This document shows, in pieces, positions 1 to 10,170 of a stretch of DNA of 64,000 bases (position 1 is the first letter of the stretch; the number at the start of each line of letters is the position of its first letter). The translations under genes were made by a program, and so were the position numbers. The notes under the pieces were generated by a model, which did no database searches, was not told where the DNA came from, and saw only the letters and a program-made list of their open reading frames with translations. This DNA comes from Coraliomargarita sp. (GTDB taxonomy: Bacteria; Verrucomicrobiota; Verrucomicrobiia; Opitutales; Coraliomargaritaceae): the NCBI GenBank assembly GCA_965216325.1, contig OZ244160.1:3000511-3064510 (forward strand), in the 5' to 3' direction.

Positions 1-581
1 TGGAAGAGCTTGAGCTCCTTGCCAAGCTTGCGGTGATCGCGCGCCTTGGCTTGCTCGAGCTTGTCCATGTAGTCGGCGAGCTCGTCCTTGCTTGGAAAGG
101 CGGTGCCGTAAATACGCTGGAGCTGCTTGTTGTTCTCGTCGCCGCGGTGGTAGGCGCCGGCGATGGAGAGCAGCTTGAACGCTTTGATCTTCTTGGTGTA
201 AGTGACGTGGGAGCCTGCGCAGAGGTCAAGGAACTCGCCGTTTTGGTAGAAGCTGACTTGTTCGCCTTCAGGGATGTCGTCGAGACGGCCGAGCTTGTAG
301 CGCTCTTGGCCGAATCCTTTGATCTTCTCAACCGCTTCTTCGCGGGAGCACTCGATGCGGGTGAACTTCTGGTTCTCCTTGATGATTTTTTTCATCTCGG
401 CCTCGATGGATTCGAGGTCGGCAGCGTCGAGTTTCTTGTCGAGGTCGATGTCGTAGTAGAAGCCGTTGTCCGTTGGAGGACCGATATCAAGTTGCGTGTC
501 TGGGTAGAGACGCAGAACCGCAGCGGCGAGCACGTGCGAGCATGAGTGTCGGAGTTCCTCGAGTGGAGACATGTCTTTCAT
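1..581 (-). CDS. thrS: Threonyl-tRNA synthetase, 5' part (runs off the left edge)
   Basis: Reverse complement from ATG at 581 reads MKDMSPLEELRHSCSHVLAAAVLRLYPDTQLDIGPPTDNGFYYDID, the ThrRS editing-domain start; not in the ORF track because it is truncated. Confidence 0.93.
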   Translation of the reverse strand, partial: MKDMSPLEELRHSCSHVLAAAVLRLYPDTQLDIGPPTDNGFYYDIDLDKKLDAADLESIEAEMKKIIKENQKFTRIECSREEAVEKIKGFGQERYKLGRLDDIPEGEQVSFYQNGEFLDLCAGSHVTYTKKIKAFKLLSIAGAYHRGDENNKQLQRIYGTAFPSKDELADYMDKLEQAKARDHRKLGKELKLF

Positions 582-673
582 TTTTCTAGAAGTCAGCAGA
601 CAGAAATCCGGAGTCAGAATCTGTTTGAAGGGCTAGCAGTCAGGAGTCTGGAAATTGAGAGTCAATGCTGGAT

Positions 674-1549
674 TCATCCTTGATACGCAAAGGCGGGCAC
701 GCCTTTTACGCCGAGGCCGTCGATGACGAAGACTTTGCCAGCATCGGCCTCTTCTTTGGTCTTGTGAATGCCAGTGGTGACAAACAGGCGATCGAGATTC
801 GGGCCGCCGAAGGCACAGGCAGTGGTTTCGACGCAGGGCAGGTCGACTTGTTGCAGTTTCTCGCCGCTTTCCGGATCGAAGCGGACTACGCAGCCGCCGT
901 GGCAGAAGGCGACCCAGAGCTTGTCATCGGCGTCGATGGTCATGCCGTCCGGAGAGCTGTCGTAGCCGTGGGCCTTGGTGTCCACGACGATGCGGGCATT
1001 GCTGATCTCGCCAGAGTCCTGATCGTAGTCGTAAGCGCGGATTTGCTGCAGTGGAGTGTCGATGTAATACATCGTTTTGGCGTCCGCACTCCAGCAGAGG
1101 CCGTTGGAATTGGTGACTTCTGGGACTTTGACTTGTAGGCCGTTCTCCGGATCGAAGCTGTAGAGCTTGGCGTCGCCGGTTTTTTTGACAGTGCTGATGG
1201 TGCCTGCCCAGAAGCGTCCAGCCGGGTCGCACTTGCCATCGTTGAAGCGGTTGTCGGGGCGTTTCTCGGCTTCTGGGTCGGCCAGGCTGGTCTTTAGGCC
1301 GGTGAGCGGGGCGAATTCGCTGATGCCGAAGTCGCCTGCGTAGAGGTAGCCGCCTTCTGCACGGGGCACAACGGTGCCGATGCGCTCGCCAATCGCCCAG
1401 CTTTGTTCCTCGCCCGTTTCAGGGTTCAGACGAACGAGCTTGTGGCCTTCGATATCGACATAGTGGAGGTGGTCCTCCCACCAGATTGGGCCTTCGCCCC
1501 ATTTTGAAATGCGTGTGCCGATAGTTTGGATAGTAAGATTTGCAGACAT
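674..1549 (-). CDS. SMP-30/gluconolactonase/LRE family protein
   Basis: GEGPIW, NRFNDGKCDPAGRFWAGT, SNGLCWS, PDGMTIDA and TACAFGG motifs; start may be 1549 or 1555. Confidence 0.9.
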   Translation of the reverse strand: MSANLTIQTIGTRISKWGEGPIWWEDHLHYVDIEGHKLVRLNPETGEEQSWAIGERIGTVVPRAEGGYLYAGDFGISEFAPLTGLKTSLADPEAEKRPDNRFNDGKCDPAGRFWAGTISTVKKTGDAKLYSFDPENGLQVKVPEVTNSNGLCWSADAKTMYYIDTPLQQIRAYDYDQDSGEISNARIVVDTKAHGYDSSPDGMTIDADDKLWVAFCHGGCVVRFDPESGEKLQQVDLPCVETTACAFGGPNLDRLFVTTGIHKTKEEADAGKVFVIDGLGVKGVPAFAYQG

Positions 1550-1603
1550 GAGCATGTTGATGGGGGAGTGGGAAGCATGCGTCAATCAACTAGCTGCGGT
1601 AAC

Positions 1604-1671
1604 GGAGGGCGGACATTCTTGTCCGCCGTTTCATCTGGATAGAGTTGGCAGGGCAAGAGTGTCCTGCTTCC
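1604..1671. repeat. GGAG-type REP doublet (degenerate)
   Basis: ggagggcggacattcttgtccgcc ... gggcaagagtgtcctgcttcc, two inverted hairpin units. Confidence 0.55.
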
Positions 1672-1678
1672 GCTGAAT

Positions 1679-1712
1679 AAAAAACCGCCCGGCGTGATTG
1701 CCGGACGGTTTT
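1679..1712 (-). terminator. Rho-independent terminator of sodA
   Basis: aaaaaaccgcccggc-gtgatt-gccggacggtttt hairpin with U-tract on the minus strand. Confidence 0.75.
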
Positions 1713-1734
1713 GAAAGTTTCAGTTGAAACAGGC

Positions 1735-2361
<627 letters not shown>

Positions 2362-2563
2362 AATGGGTATCGTTTTATTTTTTAGTTAATGAAGAGAACC
2401 AAGAAGTTGTGAGCTTGATTTGGCCCTGTCAAACGAGGGATTGGGAATTCTGCCTTAGTATCAGTGTTTTTGTTCATGTGGAGTATCAATTCTCTGAAAC
2501 ATCAGCCGCTAAATTAGTTCCTACTGGTTGCGATTCATACAATGTGTCTCATCTATAATCCTT

Positions 2564-3046
2564 ATGAAAAAACATTTCCTCATACCTTTGGCTTTTGCCG
2601 TTGCGCTTCTCGGAACCCTTCGTGCGAAGTCGCATGACAATCTGAAGGCATACGCCCCGGCAGCTGAGGGCATGCAGCGCTATGTGATCGAACTGCCGAA
2701 GCTTGCCGATGAATCCTTGTTAAAAGTTGAGCTGATTATCGGCAAAACGGTGCCAACCGATGGTGCCAATCGTCACTTCTTTGGTGGCAAGGTCACTCGT
2801 GAAGTCGTTCAAGGCTGGGGCTTCAGTTATTATGAACTGAAAGAACTTGGTCCGATGGCCGGCACCCTGATGGCAGTTCCCGAAGGCAGCGAGAAGGTCG
2901 ATACCTTTGTGCGAGTGAATCACGATCTCGGTCTGGTTCGCTACAACAGCAAGCTGCCCTTGGTGGTTTATGTGCCCGATGGGGTCGAGGTGAAGTATCG
3001 TCTTTGGTTTGGTGATGTAGAGCCGTCGGTCGCTGAGGTGAATTAG
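2564..3046 (+). CDS. eco: Ecotin-family serine protease inhibitor (secreted)
   Basis: Signal peptide, LKVELIIG, GWGFSYY, RYNSKLPLVVYVP and VKYRLW match ecotin. Confidence 0.9.
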   Translation: MKKHFLIPLAFAVALLGTLRAKSHDNLKAYAPAAEGMQRYVIELPKLADESLLKVELIIGKTVPTDGANRHFFGGKVTREVVQGWGFSYYELKELGPMAGTLMAVPEGSEKVDTFVRVNHDLGLVRYNSKLPLVVYVPDGVEVKYRLWFGDVEPSVAEVN

Positions 3047-3062
3047 GTTTTAGGCTGCAACT

Positions 3063-3132
3063 GGAGGGCAATGCTCCGTCATTGCCACAACGATTCACCG
3101 CGCAGATTGGCAACGACGGAGCGTTGCCCTCC
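3063..3132. repeat. GGAG-type REP doublet
   Basis: ggagggcaatgctccgtcattgcc ... ggcaacgacggagcgttgccctcc, inverted pair between convergent genes. Confidence 0.75.
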
Positions 3133-3137
3133 ATGGA

Positions 3138-3689
3138 TCACTCCGATTCATTTTCCGCTTCGCGCTTGGCGGCCTTTTTCTCGGCGTTGATAAGCCGCTT
3201 CTTTTCAAAGAATGCCTTCAAAATGTTGTGATTGAGCTCCTCGAGCACGCCGCCCACCGATTCGAAATGGTGATTGCTGCGGGGGAGGGCGCCCAAATCG
3301 ACGGCGCCGCCCACACAGCCCATCTTTTCATCGGGGAGACCGTAGTAAACTTTGCCAATGCGAGCGATTACGAGTGCGCCGGAGCACATGGGGCAGGGCT
3401 CTTTGGTCACATAGAGTGTGCATTCATTGAGGCGCCAGTCCCCGAGCGTGTTGGCCGCCTGTGAGATTGCGAGAATTTCGGCGTGAGCCGTCGGATCATT
3501 GGTGGAACGCGACTGATTGTGCGCTGCCGCGATAATGCGGCCCTCGTGTTCGATGATCGCACCGATCGGAACCTCATCCTTCTTCCACGCCTCAATTGCC
3601 TCGTTGTAAGCATGGGTCATGAAGTAGTCCGCATCGCGGTTCAGCTCAGAGGGGAAGATCTTTTCGAAAGGACAGTCGGGCGATTGCAT
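3138..3689 (-). CDS. tadA: tRNA adenosine(34) deaminase
   Basis: EVPIGA, DPTAHAEI, DWRL, LYVTKEPCPMCSGA. Confidence 0.93.
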   Translation of the reverse strand: MQSPDCPFEKIFPSELNRDADYFMTHAYNEAIEAWKKDEVPIGAIIEHEGRIIAAAHNQSRSTNDPTAHAEILAISQAANTLGDWRLNECTLYVTKEPCPMCSGALVIARIGKVYYGLPDEKMGCVGGAVDLGALPRSNHHFESVGGVLEELNHNILKAFFEKKRLINAEKKAAKREAENESE

Positions 3690-3783
3690 CGCGTGTTGTT
3701 GAGTGAGAAAGTGTAAAGGTATGAATGTGTGAAGGTGACGGTGAAAACAAACTTTCCTACTTTCAAACTTTTTACCTTCCTAC

Positions 3784-5395
3784 CCCCGATCCTTAGCAGT
3801 GTAAAAGTTTTCTCTGTGTAGAGTGTTTTGTTCGTTTCGCGCAAGCTGGCGCATCCGAACGGGTAGTTCGGATCGTGATACGTGCTTCGGGTTACGGGAT
3901 TCGGGCGGATTGGTAGTGCGAGCGGCTCAGCGTCCGCGTAGGGGTATCGGGGCAATTTGATCGGCATCAGCCTGGCGAGGGGCGCAACTTGTAGAGCGCC
4001 GAGAGTGCGTCTAGTTCGTGGGCAAACTTGCGCCACCATGGCAGCCAACGGCTGTTCACACAGCACACTGCTTTGAGCTGACGGGCATGGCGCTTGAAGG
4101 TTACAGGGATGAGCATGAGCACATGCAGCAGGGTGCGGATACGTATGGGCTGCTCGTGGTCGGGCAGGTGAATCAGTTTGATCGCTTGGAGCAGGTTGTG
4201 CGCGAGCGCGCCGATTGCATAGAAGACCTGATTGGCTGCCAGACTCTTGCATGGGGGATGGTGCAAATCCATGTCGGTGAGCACTTGTGAGAACTGGCGC
4301 TCCCGGTCGCCTTTGAGCTTGTGCCGCTCCACGGCCATATCGGCGCGCCCCTCACGCCCCGACTCACAGCAGATGAAGGCATAGCGCCAGAACAGTTCCC
4401 CATCGGCCAGTTGGTGACGCGTCACCGCAAAGAGCTGTGGCTGCTCGCAGCCCTCCGGCTGATAGCGCAGCCAAGCGTGCTGGGCACGGTGTTCTTTGCC
4501 ATCACGCCAACGCACGATCTGCTCGTCGCTCCACGCCGACTCCGGCAACTCTTTGGCGCAGCGCTCCGGTCCTTCAGTCCACTTGTTGTAACTGACGCTG
4601 AAACGATCCACTGTTTCGCCCAGTTTGTTGAGATAGACCCCGGCACTGGACCCACTGTCTGCATACAGGTAACTCTTGTAGCTGCCAAGCAGGGCTTCGC
4701 ATTGCTCCAACTGTTCGGGCAAAAGTTCGCTGCAATCGCGACTGCCTTTGCCCAGCCAACCGCAGGCCAGAAACGGCCCAACCCACAGCGTCTGCCAGGA
4801 CAAAGTCGTATTGCCCTCGTAGTTGATCGCCGCTGATTCGAAGCACTTGCCAGTCACCTCCAATTGCGTGTCGTCGAAAAACCACTCGAGTTCTCCACCA
4901 TGCAAGAGCCGCCCGGGCACAATGCGATCCATCGCCCAGACAATGAACTCACGGTTGATCTGCAGCAAGGCTTCCGCCCCGTCCTTGCCAATGGCACGCA
5001 TCCACTGCCCCAGTGTCGTTTCATCAGGGAAACGCTCAATCCCCAGAAAACGCTTCAATCCCGCCTCGTCGTTGAGACGCTCAAAGTCAGCCATACTCGC
5101 CCCGCCGCTGGCAAAACCAAACAGAAACGTCGCCACGTAAACAACCGGATCGTAACCCTTGCTCGTGTCCTTACGCGACTCCAACGCCGCTTCAGCACGC
5201 ACACGCTCCCAGAGCCCACACTCCTGCGCAAAAGCCTTGATCGCGAACACACCGCCCTTGGCCGTCGCTTCTTCGCTGCTGCGAAACTCCACCTCGATTC
5301 GAGGGTTCTTCATACGGTAATGCTTCGACATGCACACTGCATAGCAAGTTTTTCACCATTTGGTGAACGAATCCCTGCCACTCTAAGGATTGGGG
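3784..5395 (-). mobile_element. IS1380-family insertion sequence, complete (about 1612 bp)
   Basis: TIRs CCCCGATCCTTAG (3784) and CTAAGGATTGGGG (ending 5395); direct repeat TTCCTAC at 3777-3783 and 5396-5402; single DDE transposase. Confidence 0.88.
3967..5331 (-). CDS. IS1380-family DDE transposase
   Basis: About 450 aa; ATAKGG N-terminus, FFDDT, YADSG, KGDRERQF, ANQVFYAIGALAHNL; flanked by TIRs. Confidence 0.85.
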   Translation of the reverse strand: MSKHYRMKNPRIEVEFRSSEEATAKGGVFAIKAFAQECGLWERVRAEAALESRKDTSKGYDPVVYVATFLFGFASGGASMADFERLNDEAGLKRFLGIERFPDETTLGQWMRAIGKDGAEALLQINREFIVWAMDRIVPGRLLHGGELEWFFDDTQLEVTGKCFESAAINYEGNTTLSWQTLWVGPFLACGWLGKGSRDCSELLPEQLEQCEALLGSYKSYLYADSGSSAGVYLNKLGETVDRFSVSYNKWTEGPERCAKELPESAWSDEQIVRWRDGKEHRAQHAWLRYQPEGCEQPQLFAVTRHQLADGELFWRYAFICCESGREGRADMAVERHKLKGDRERQFSQVLTDMDLHHPPCKSLAANQVFYAIGALAHNLLQAIKLIHLPDHEQPIRIRTLLHVLMLIPVTFKRHARQLKAVCCVNSRWLPWWRKFAHELDALSALYKLRPSPG

Positions 5396-5470
5396 TTCCT
5401 ACGGACTGTATGAGTCCACCCTTGACATTCTGTGGGCAAACTCTTCTCTCACGCGCTTTGTAACTAACTT

Positions 5471-5752
5471 ATGGCTAAAGGACAAAGCGAAGAATACGTA
5501 GAAGTTGAAGGTAAGATCGTAGCGGTCTTGCCCGGCACCATGTTCCGTGTGGAATTGGCAAACGGTCACCAGGTGCTCGCGCACATCTCCGGAAAGCTCC
5601 GTAAGCACTTCATTAAGATCACTACGGGCGATACCGTGAAGATGGAGATGACTCCACACGATCTCGACAAGGCGCGCATTGTTTACCGTCTGCGCAACGC
5701 CCAGACCAATCGCAACGCACCGCGTCGCAGTTTCGGTCCACGCCGCCGATAA
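5471..5752 (+). CDS. infA: Translation initiation factor IF-1
   Basis: [40 protein letters not shown]. Confidence 0.97.
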   Translation: MAKGQSEEYVEVEGKIVAVLPGTMFRVELANGHQVLAHISGKLRKHFIKITTGDTVKMEMTPHDLDKARIVYRLRNAQTNRNAPRRSFGPRRR

Positions 5753-5813
5753 TTCCGATCCTAGACTGTTTCGAAGAACACTGCAGCAACGCGGTGTTTT
5801 TTTGTGCCTGAGG

Positions 5814-5962
5814 GTAGGGCAGTTTCGCCGAGACTGCCGTTCGTTATCGGACTGCGAATTGCCAAAAGGTTTTGGATGGCTGGTCTGCCGTGTAGGAGTA
5901 TCCACAAGGCTTAAGTATTTTGGGTGCCTTGCCGAACGGTCGTCTCGGCGAGACGACCCTAC
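5814..5962. repeat. GTAG-type REP doublet (REPIN)
   Basis: gtagggcagtttcgccgagactgccgttcg ... cgaacggtcgtctcggcgagacgaccctac; same family as 32081-32233. Confidence 0.85.
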
Positions 5963-5984
5963 CTTGAGCTTGCAACAGTCTGAT

Positions 5985-6009
5985 GCGCACCGAGACGGTG
6001 CTGCGCTAC
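5985..6009 (-). repeat. GTAGCGC-type REP singlet
   Basis: gcgcaccgagacggtgctgcgctac, reverse complement of the unit at 18547/40596/62136. Confidence 0.75.
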
Positions 6010-6120
6010 CGAATAAATACAGAGTCATTTCAACCGATTTTGAGCGATCAAAGCTTGCCACGGTTTGAGAATTGCAAAGCTTTATGGGCTTCTACTCTCA
6101 CCTGAACAATCATTCGAAAC

Positions 6121-7080
6121 ATGAGCAAAGCATACGACTCAATCATCAACACTGTCGGTGGCACCCCACTGGTTAAGATCAATCACCTTACCGAAGGCCT
6201 CGCAGCTGACATTTATCTCAAATGCGAATTTTTCAATCCACTCGCCAGCGTTAAGGATCGTATCGGCAAGGCGATGATCGAAGCTGCTGAGCGCGACGGC
6301 AAGATCGGTGAGGGCAGCATCATTATTGAACCAACTTCCGGTAACACCGGTATCGCACTGGCATTTGTCTGTGCGGCCAAGGGCTACAAGCTCATCCTGA
6401 CCATGCCGGAGACCATGTCGCTGGAGCGCCGCGTGCTCCTTCGCATGCTTGGTGCAGAGATCGTGCTGACTCCTGGTCCGAAGGGCATGCCAGGTGCGAT
6501 TGCACGTGCGGGCGAGCTCGTCGAAGAATATGGCGAAAAGGCATTCATGCCTCAACAGTTTGAAAACCCAGCTAACCCGCAGGTTCACCGTGAAACTACT
6601 GCGGAAGAAATCTGGGAAGCGACCGATGGTGGCATCGACGCATTTGTTGCCGGTGTGGGCACCGGTGGCACCATCACGGGTGTTTCTGAAGTGATTAAGT
6701 CCCGCAAGGACATCCTCACTGTCGCGGTAGAGCCTGAAGCCAGCCCAGTCATTTCCGGTGGTCAGCCGGGTCCACACAAGATCCAAGGTATCGGCGCGGG
6801 TTTCATCCCGAAGAACTGCAACACCGATATCATTGATGACGTGATCAAGGTTTCCAATGAGGACGCTTTTGCAACTGCACAAGCACTCGCGGAGAAGGAC
6901 GGTATCCTCGGTGGTATCTCCACTGGCGCGAATGTGTTCGCGGCCATGGAGCTCGCGAAGCGCCCAGAGATGGCCGGCAAGACTATCGTTACGGTGGGCT
7001 GCAGCTTCGGTGAACGCTACCTCTCGACTCCGCTGGCTGAAAAAGCCCGCGAAGAAATGAGCGCAGCGACTGCTAGCTAA
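6121..7080 (+). CDS. cysK: Cysteine synthase A
   Basis: [11 protein letters not shown] (PLP Lys), [32 protein letters not shown]. Confidence 0.96.
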   Translation: MSKAYDSIINTVGGTPLVKINHLTEGLAADIYLKCEFFNPLASVKDRIGKAMIEAAERDGKIGEGSIIIEPTSGNTGIALAFVCAAKGYKLILTMPETMSLERRVLLRMLGAEIVLTPGPKGMPGAIARAGELVEEYGEKAFMPQQFENPANPQVHRETTAEEIWEATDGGIDAFVAGVGTGGTITGVSEVIKSRKDILTVAVEPEASPVISGGQPGPHKIQGIGAGFIPKNCNTDIIDDVIKVSNEDAFATAQALAEKDGILGGISTGANVFAAMELAKRPEMAGKTIVTVGCSFGERYLSTPLAEKAREEMSAATAS

Positions 7081-7107
7081 ATCGACTTTCAGTCTTTTAA
7101 ACGAACC

Positions 7108-7142
7108 AGCCCCGTCGAATCCGACGGGGCTTGTTTTGTTTT
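7108..7142 (+). terminator. Rho-independent terminator of cysK
   Basis: agccccgtcg-aatc-cgacggggct followed by a T-rich tract. Confidence 0.8.
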
Positions 7143-7164
7143 GGGGTAGGCGTTGTTTAATGGA

Positions 7165-7233
7165 GGCGTTCTGCAAGCAGAAGCCCTACGGTTACAAGCG
7201 ATAGAAATGTAGGGCTCGTGCTTGCACGATGCC
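7165..7233. repeat. GTAG REPs downstream of the RAYT gene
   Basis: ggcgttctgcaagcagaagccctac (7165-7189) and gtagggctcgtgcttgcacgatgcc (7209-7233). Confidence 0.85.
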
Positions 7234-7235
7234 AG

Positions 7236-7811
7236 CTAGCAAGAAGGAACTAAGTCTTCCCAACCCAGCTCATCTTGCAGCCATTCAGGTTGAGGATATT
7301 TATTCTCTATTAAACTATCTCCAAAAAGTGGCCTATAATTCCGATTCAGAATCCAGTCAGGCCATTCTTCATTCAACGCTAGTAGTTCTTTGCGATACGG
7401 ATTGAGGTAGATGTAGAGTGCAAATTGCTCCATTTCCACATCCGGACGAAGCCGATGCTCAAAGAAATTGGCCTGCCATTTCAGGTCGTGGGAATTGAGG
7501 GCCTGCTTCGTCTTGCTTTTGAATTTCTGGATCACCTGCGACAGCGAGAGTCGACTGCCGAGTGAAAACAGCAGGTGAATGTGATCAGGCATGATCGTGC
7601 CGCAATGTAGATCGATGTCGTGTTGATCCTGATGCTCACGTAGCTGACTTTTGATCGCATTGCTGATCGTATCCTCGGATAAGCCGAAACTTCGATCAGC
7701 GGTTGTCAATGTCACAAAGTAACGCGCTCCTTCGATGGACGCGCGGCCTTTGCGCAGGTCGGCGGTCTTGCGATATGGTTTAGATGGAGTGGATTGGTCT
7801 GGTTGCCCCAT
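7236..7811 (-). CDS. REP-associated tyrosine transposase (RAYT/TnpA-REP, Y1 HUH family)
   Basis: YFVTLTT, IMPDHIHLL (HUH), WQANFFEHRLR, YIYLNP (catalytic Tyr); GTAG REPs on both sides; start could extend to 7850. Confidence 0.9.
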   Translation of the reverse strand: MGQPDQSTPSKPYRKTADLRKGRASIEGARYFVTLTTADRSFGLSEDTISNAIKSQLREHQDQHDIDLHCGTIMPDHIHLLFSLGSRLSLSQVIQKFKSKTKQALNSHDLKWQANFFEHRLRPDVEMEQFALYIYLNPYRKELLALNEEWPDWILNRNYRPLFGDSLIENKYPQPEWLQDELGWEDLVPSC

Positions 7812-7827
7812 GCCGTTTCTATTTTTC

Positions 7828-7870
7828 GTAGGGCTCTGCTTTCGCGGCATTCTGCAAGCAGAAGCCCTAC
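7828..7870. repeat. GTAG REPs upstream of the RAYT gene
   Basis: gtagggctctgcttt (partial) plus ggcattctgcaagcagaagccctac. Confidence 0.85.
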
Positions 7871-7881
7871 GATTTTAGAAA

Positions 7882-9006
7882 TCACTCCGTGCTCGCGCCG
7901 ACTTTTTCTAGCACGGATTCGACATCGAGGAAGTCGTTGCGCTGAGTCGAGACCGTGATCTCGTTGAGTTGCAGTTGCTCAACCATTTCATAGGCGACCA
8001 GGTTTTGACCGCCGGGTGTGTTGAGTGCGGTTGCCTTAAGGCGTTCGCCTTCAGCAGCCGCTTCCTTTTCAAGCAGGGTGCCCTTGGCTTCGAGTTCGGC
8101 TTTATACAGGTCGGCGTCGGCCTTCAGCTTGGCGGCTTCGAGGCGTGCATCCGCGTGAATCTGTGCGATCTCTTTGTCGGTATCAGCTTTCATGGTGAGC
8201 TGCTTTGCCTTTAGCTCTTGTTCGATAACGCGCACCTTCGCTTCGGTCTCAGCGGCGATACGGTTGGTCTCGCCTTTTTTCTCTTCGGCGAGTGCGCGGG
8301 ACTTGTTCAACTCGACATCTTGGTCGGCGAGTTTCTTATCCAGAATCTTGCGCTCGTAGCTTGGGTCGAAGGCGATGTCACGAATGAGGATCTCGATCAA
8401 ATCGATGTGGTTCTCAGCAAGTTCACTGCGGAGTTCGTCGGTCGCTTCGGTTGTTTTCACTCGTCGTACTTCCGGGGCGTAGAACTGCTCGGTCAGCATG
8501 GTGCCGAATACATCACGAATTGTTTTTTGCACCTGGTCACGGACGATGCCCTTATAGCGAAGTTCAGAACCTAGCTCTTGGTAGAGCTTGTGAACTTCGC
8601 TCGGTGTGACACGGTATTTAACCGTTACGTCGAGGCGCACGGTATAACCATCCTTGGATTTGAGCTCCACTTGTCCCGTGCCTCCAGTGGAGTCCAAGTA
8701 ACGGCGTGAGGAAGAGGAGAGGAAGCTATAGATGCGCTTGGTTTCCTTGCGCTCTTGCTCGGTGGTGAACTCGGTGGTCTGAACGGTCGAGTCGAACACT
8801 TTCCAAGTGTCGAGTAGCGGCAGGTTACGGTGCCAGCCCGGACCGAAGTCTTCTTGGACCACACCCTTGGAACCGAGGATGGCATACTGCTGCGTGCGCA
8901 CGCCGGTCTCGCCGAGTTCGATGCGGATGAAGAGGAAGTTTGCAGCAACAAAGACGCCAGCAACTGCCAAGATAACAAGAAGGGAGAGGAATTTAATAAA
9001 TTTCAT
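7882..9006 (-). CDS. SPFH/Band 7 domain membrane protein
   Basis: N-terminal [21 protein letters not shown], Ala/Glu-rich coiled-coil tail. Confidence 0.85.
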   Translation of the reverse strand: MKFIKFLSLLVILAVAGVFVAANFLFIRIELGETGVRTQQYAILGSKGVVQEDFGPGWHRNLPLLDTWKVFDSTVQTTEFTTEQERKETKRIYSFLSSSSRRYLDSTGGTGQVELKSKDGYTVRLDVTVKYRVTPSEVHKLYQELGSELRYKGIVRDQVQKTIRDVFGTMLTEQFYAPEVRRVKTTEATDELRSELAENHIDLIEILIRDIAFDPSYERKILDKKLADQDVELNKSRALAEEKKGETNRIAAETEAKVRVIEQELKAKQLTMKADTDKEIAQIHADARLEAAKLKADADLYKAELEAKGTLLEKEAAAEGERLKATALNTPGGQNLVAYEMVEQLQLNEITVSTQRNDFLDVESVLEKVGASTE

Positions 9007-9021
9007 GATTAGAGCCTCAGC

Positions 9022-10161
9022 TTACTTTGTGGTGAGTGCTTTCTTTTTGGTTACGGCAGCTTCGTCCTGATAGGTCAGGCGCTCGGTCTTGCTCTCAATG
9101 GTAAACGGTTGGCCGGTGATCTTCATGTCGCCGATTTTTTGAGCATAGGCGCGGCGCACGAGGTTGACGCCGCCCACACCTTGGTAAGCGTTGGCGAGTG
9201 CGGTGAGTGCTTCACCCTCGGCTTCGGCTTTGACGAGGATCGCCTGCGCGTTCTTGTCGCGCTGGTAGAACTTTGCGTCAGCGCCGAGTTGTGTGTCGAT
9301 CACATAGGCTTCGGCTTGGCGCACGTCGCGCTCGGCCTTTGCGTTGGCTTCAACGACAAGCTTTTCCATTTCACCCGCATAGGAGGCGAGGGTTACTTCC
9401 TTCTTCTTGGTTGCTTCAACAACGCGGAAGATCTGGTTCTGACGTGCGGCATTGGCCTTGGAAATTTGTTCTTCGACTTCCTGGTCAGCGAGCTTCTTGG
9501 CGCGAATACGCTCTTCGTATTCTTTGTGGAAACTGAACTTCTCGGCAATGACACTGGTGATCTCGACGCCGTAGTCGGACAGTAACTCATTGAGTTCGAG
9601 CATGGCTTTTTGTGCTTTAATGTTACGCACACTAGCGTCGTAGAATTCTTCGGTAGTCATTTCACCAAAGACCGAGCGACACACGGAGCGGGAATAGTCA
9701 CGCACCCACTTATACTTGTATGCGTCGGCGAGGCCGGATGTCTTCACGACTTCTTCGACCTTATCGCGTTGGATTTGATAATTGATGGTGAGGTCGAGGA
9801 AGACGTCGGAACCGTCGACTGTCTTAATACGCAAATCATCGCGGCCACTGCGTTCGCCACGCCCGGACTCCTGAACCATCTCCAAGCGCTGTACGGTCAT
9901 GTCGAGCAGGTGGAAAGAGTTGAGTAGGCCGTTGTAAATATTGGTGCCGGATTCAGCGATGACAGTGATGTCGCCGGTGACGTTGTTCACTTTGATCCCG
10001 ACCTCAGTTCCAGAGACGCGTTGTACGCGGAAGGTCACCAGGAAGAAGACCGTCAGTGAAATCAGTGCGATGAGCACGAGTATAAGTGAGCCTTTGAACC
10101 CTTGCAGTAAATCAAGCATCGGGTTGGTGGGGCGTTGGAATTTATGGATGTTGTCAGTCAT
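9022..10161 (-). CDS. SPFH/Band 7 domain membrane protein (paralogue)
   Basis: N-terminal [30 protein letters not shown] shared with neighbour, coiled-coil tail. Confidence 0.85.
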   Translation of the reverse strand: MTDNIHKFQRPTNPMLDLLQGFKGSLILVLIALISLTVFFLVTFRVQRVSGTEVGIKVNNVTGDITVIAESGTNIYNGLLNSFHLLDMTVQRLEMVQESGRGERSGRDDLRIKTVDGSDVFLDLTINYQIQRDKVEEVVKTSGLADAYKYKWVRDYSRSVCRSVFGEMTTEEFYDASVRNIKAQKAMLELNELLSDYGVEITSVIAEKFSFHKEYEERIRAKKLADQEVEEQISKANAARQNQIFRVVEATKKKEVTLASYAGEMEKLVVEANAKAERDVRQAEAYVIDTQLGADAKFYQRDKNAQAILVKAEAEGEALTALANAYQGVGGVNLVRRAYAQKIGDMKITGQPFTIESKTERLTYQDEAAVTKKKALTTK

Positions 10162-10170
10162 TGTTTGAAA

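Noticed and set aside
33..545. 170-aa plus-strand ORF
   Set aside because: Antisense shadow of thrS
5399..6068. ORFs crossing infA and the REP doublet
   Set aside because: Translations of repeat DNA and antisense infA
6139..7176. Long antisense ORF over cysK (similar ones over clpX, ftsH and leuC)
   Set aside because: Expected from codon bias of the real genes; no independent evidence
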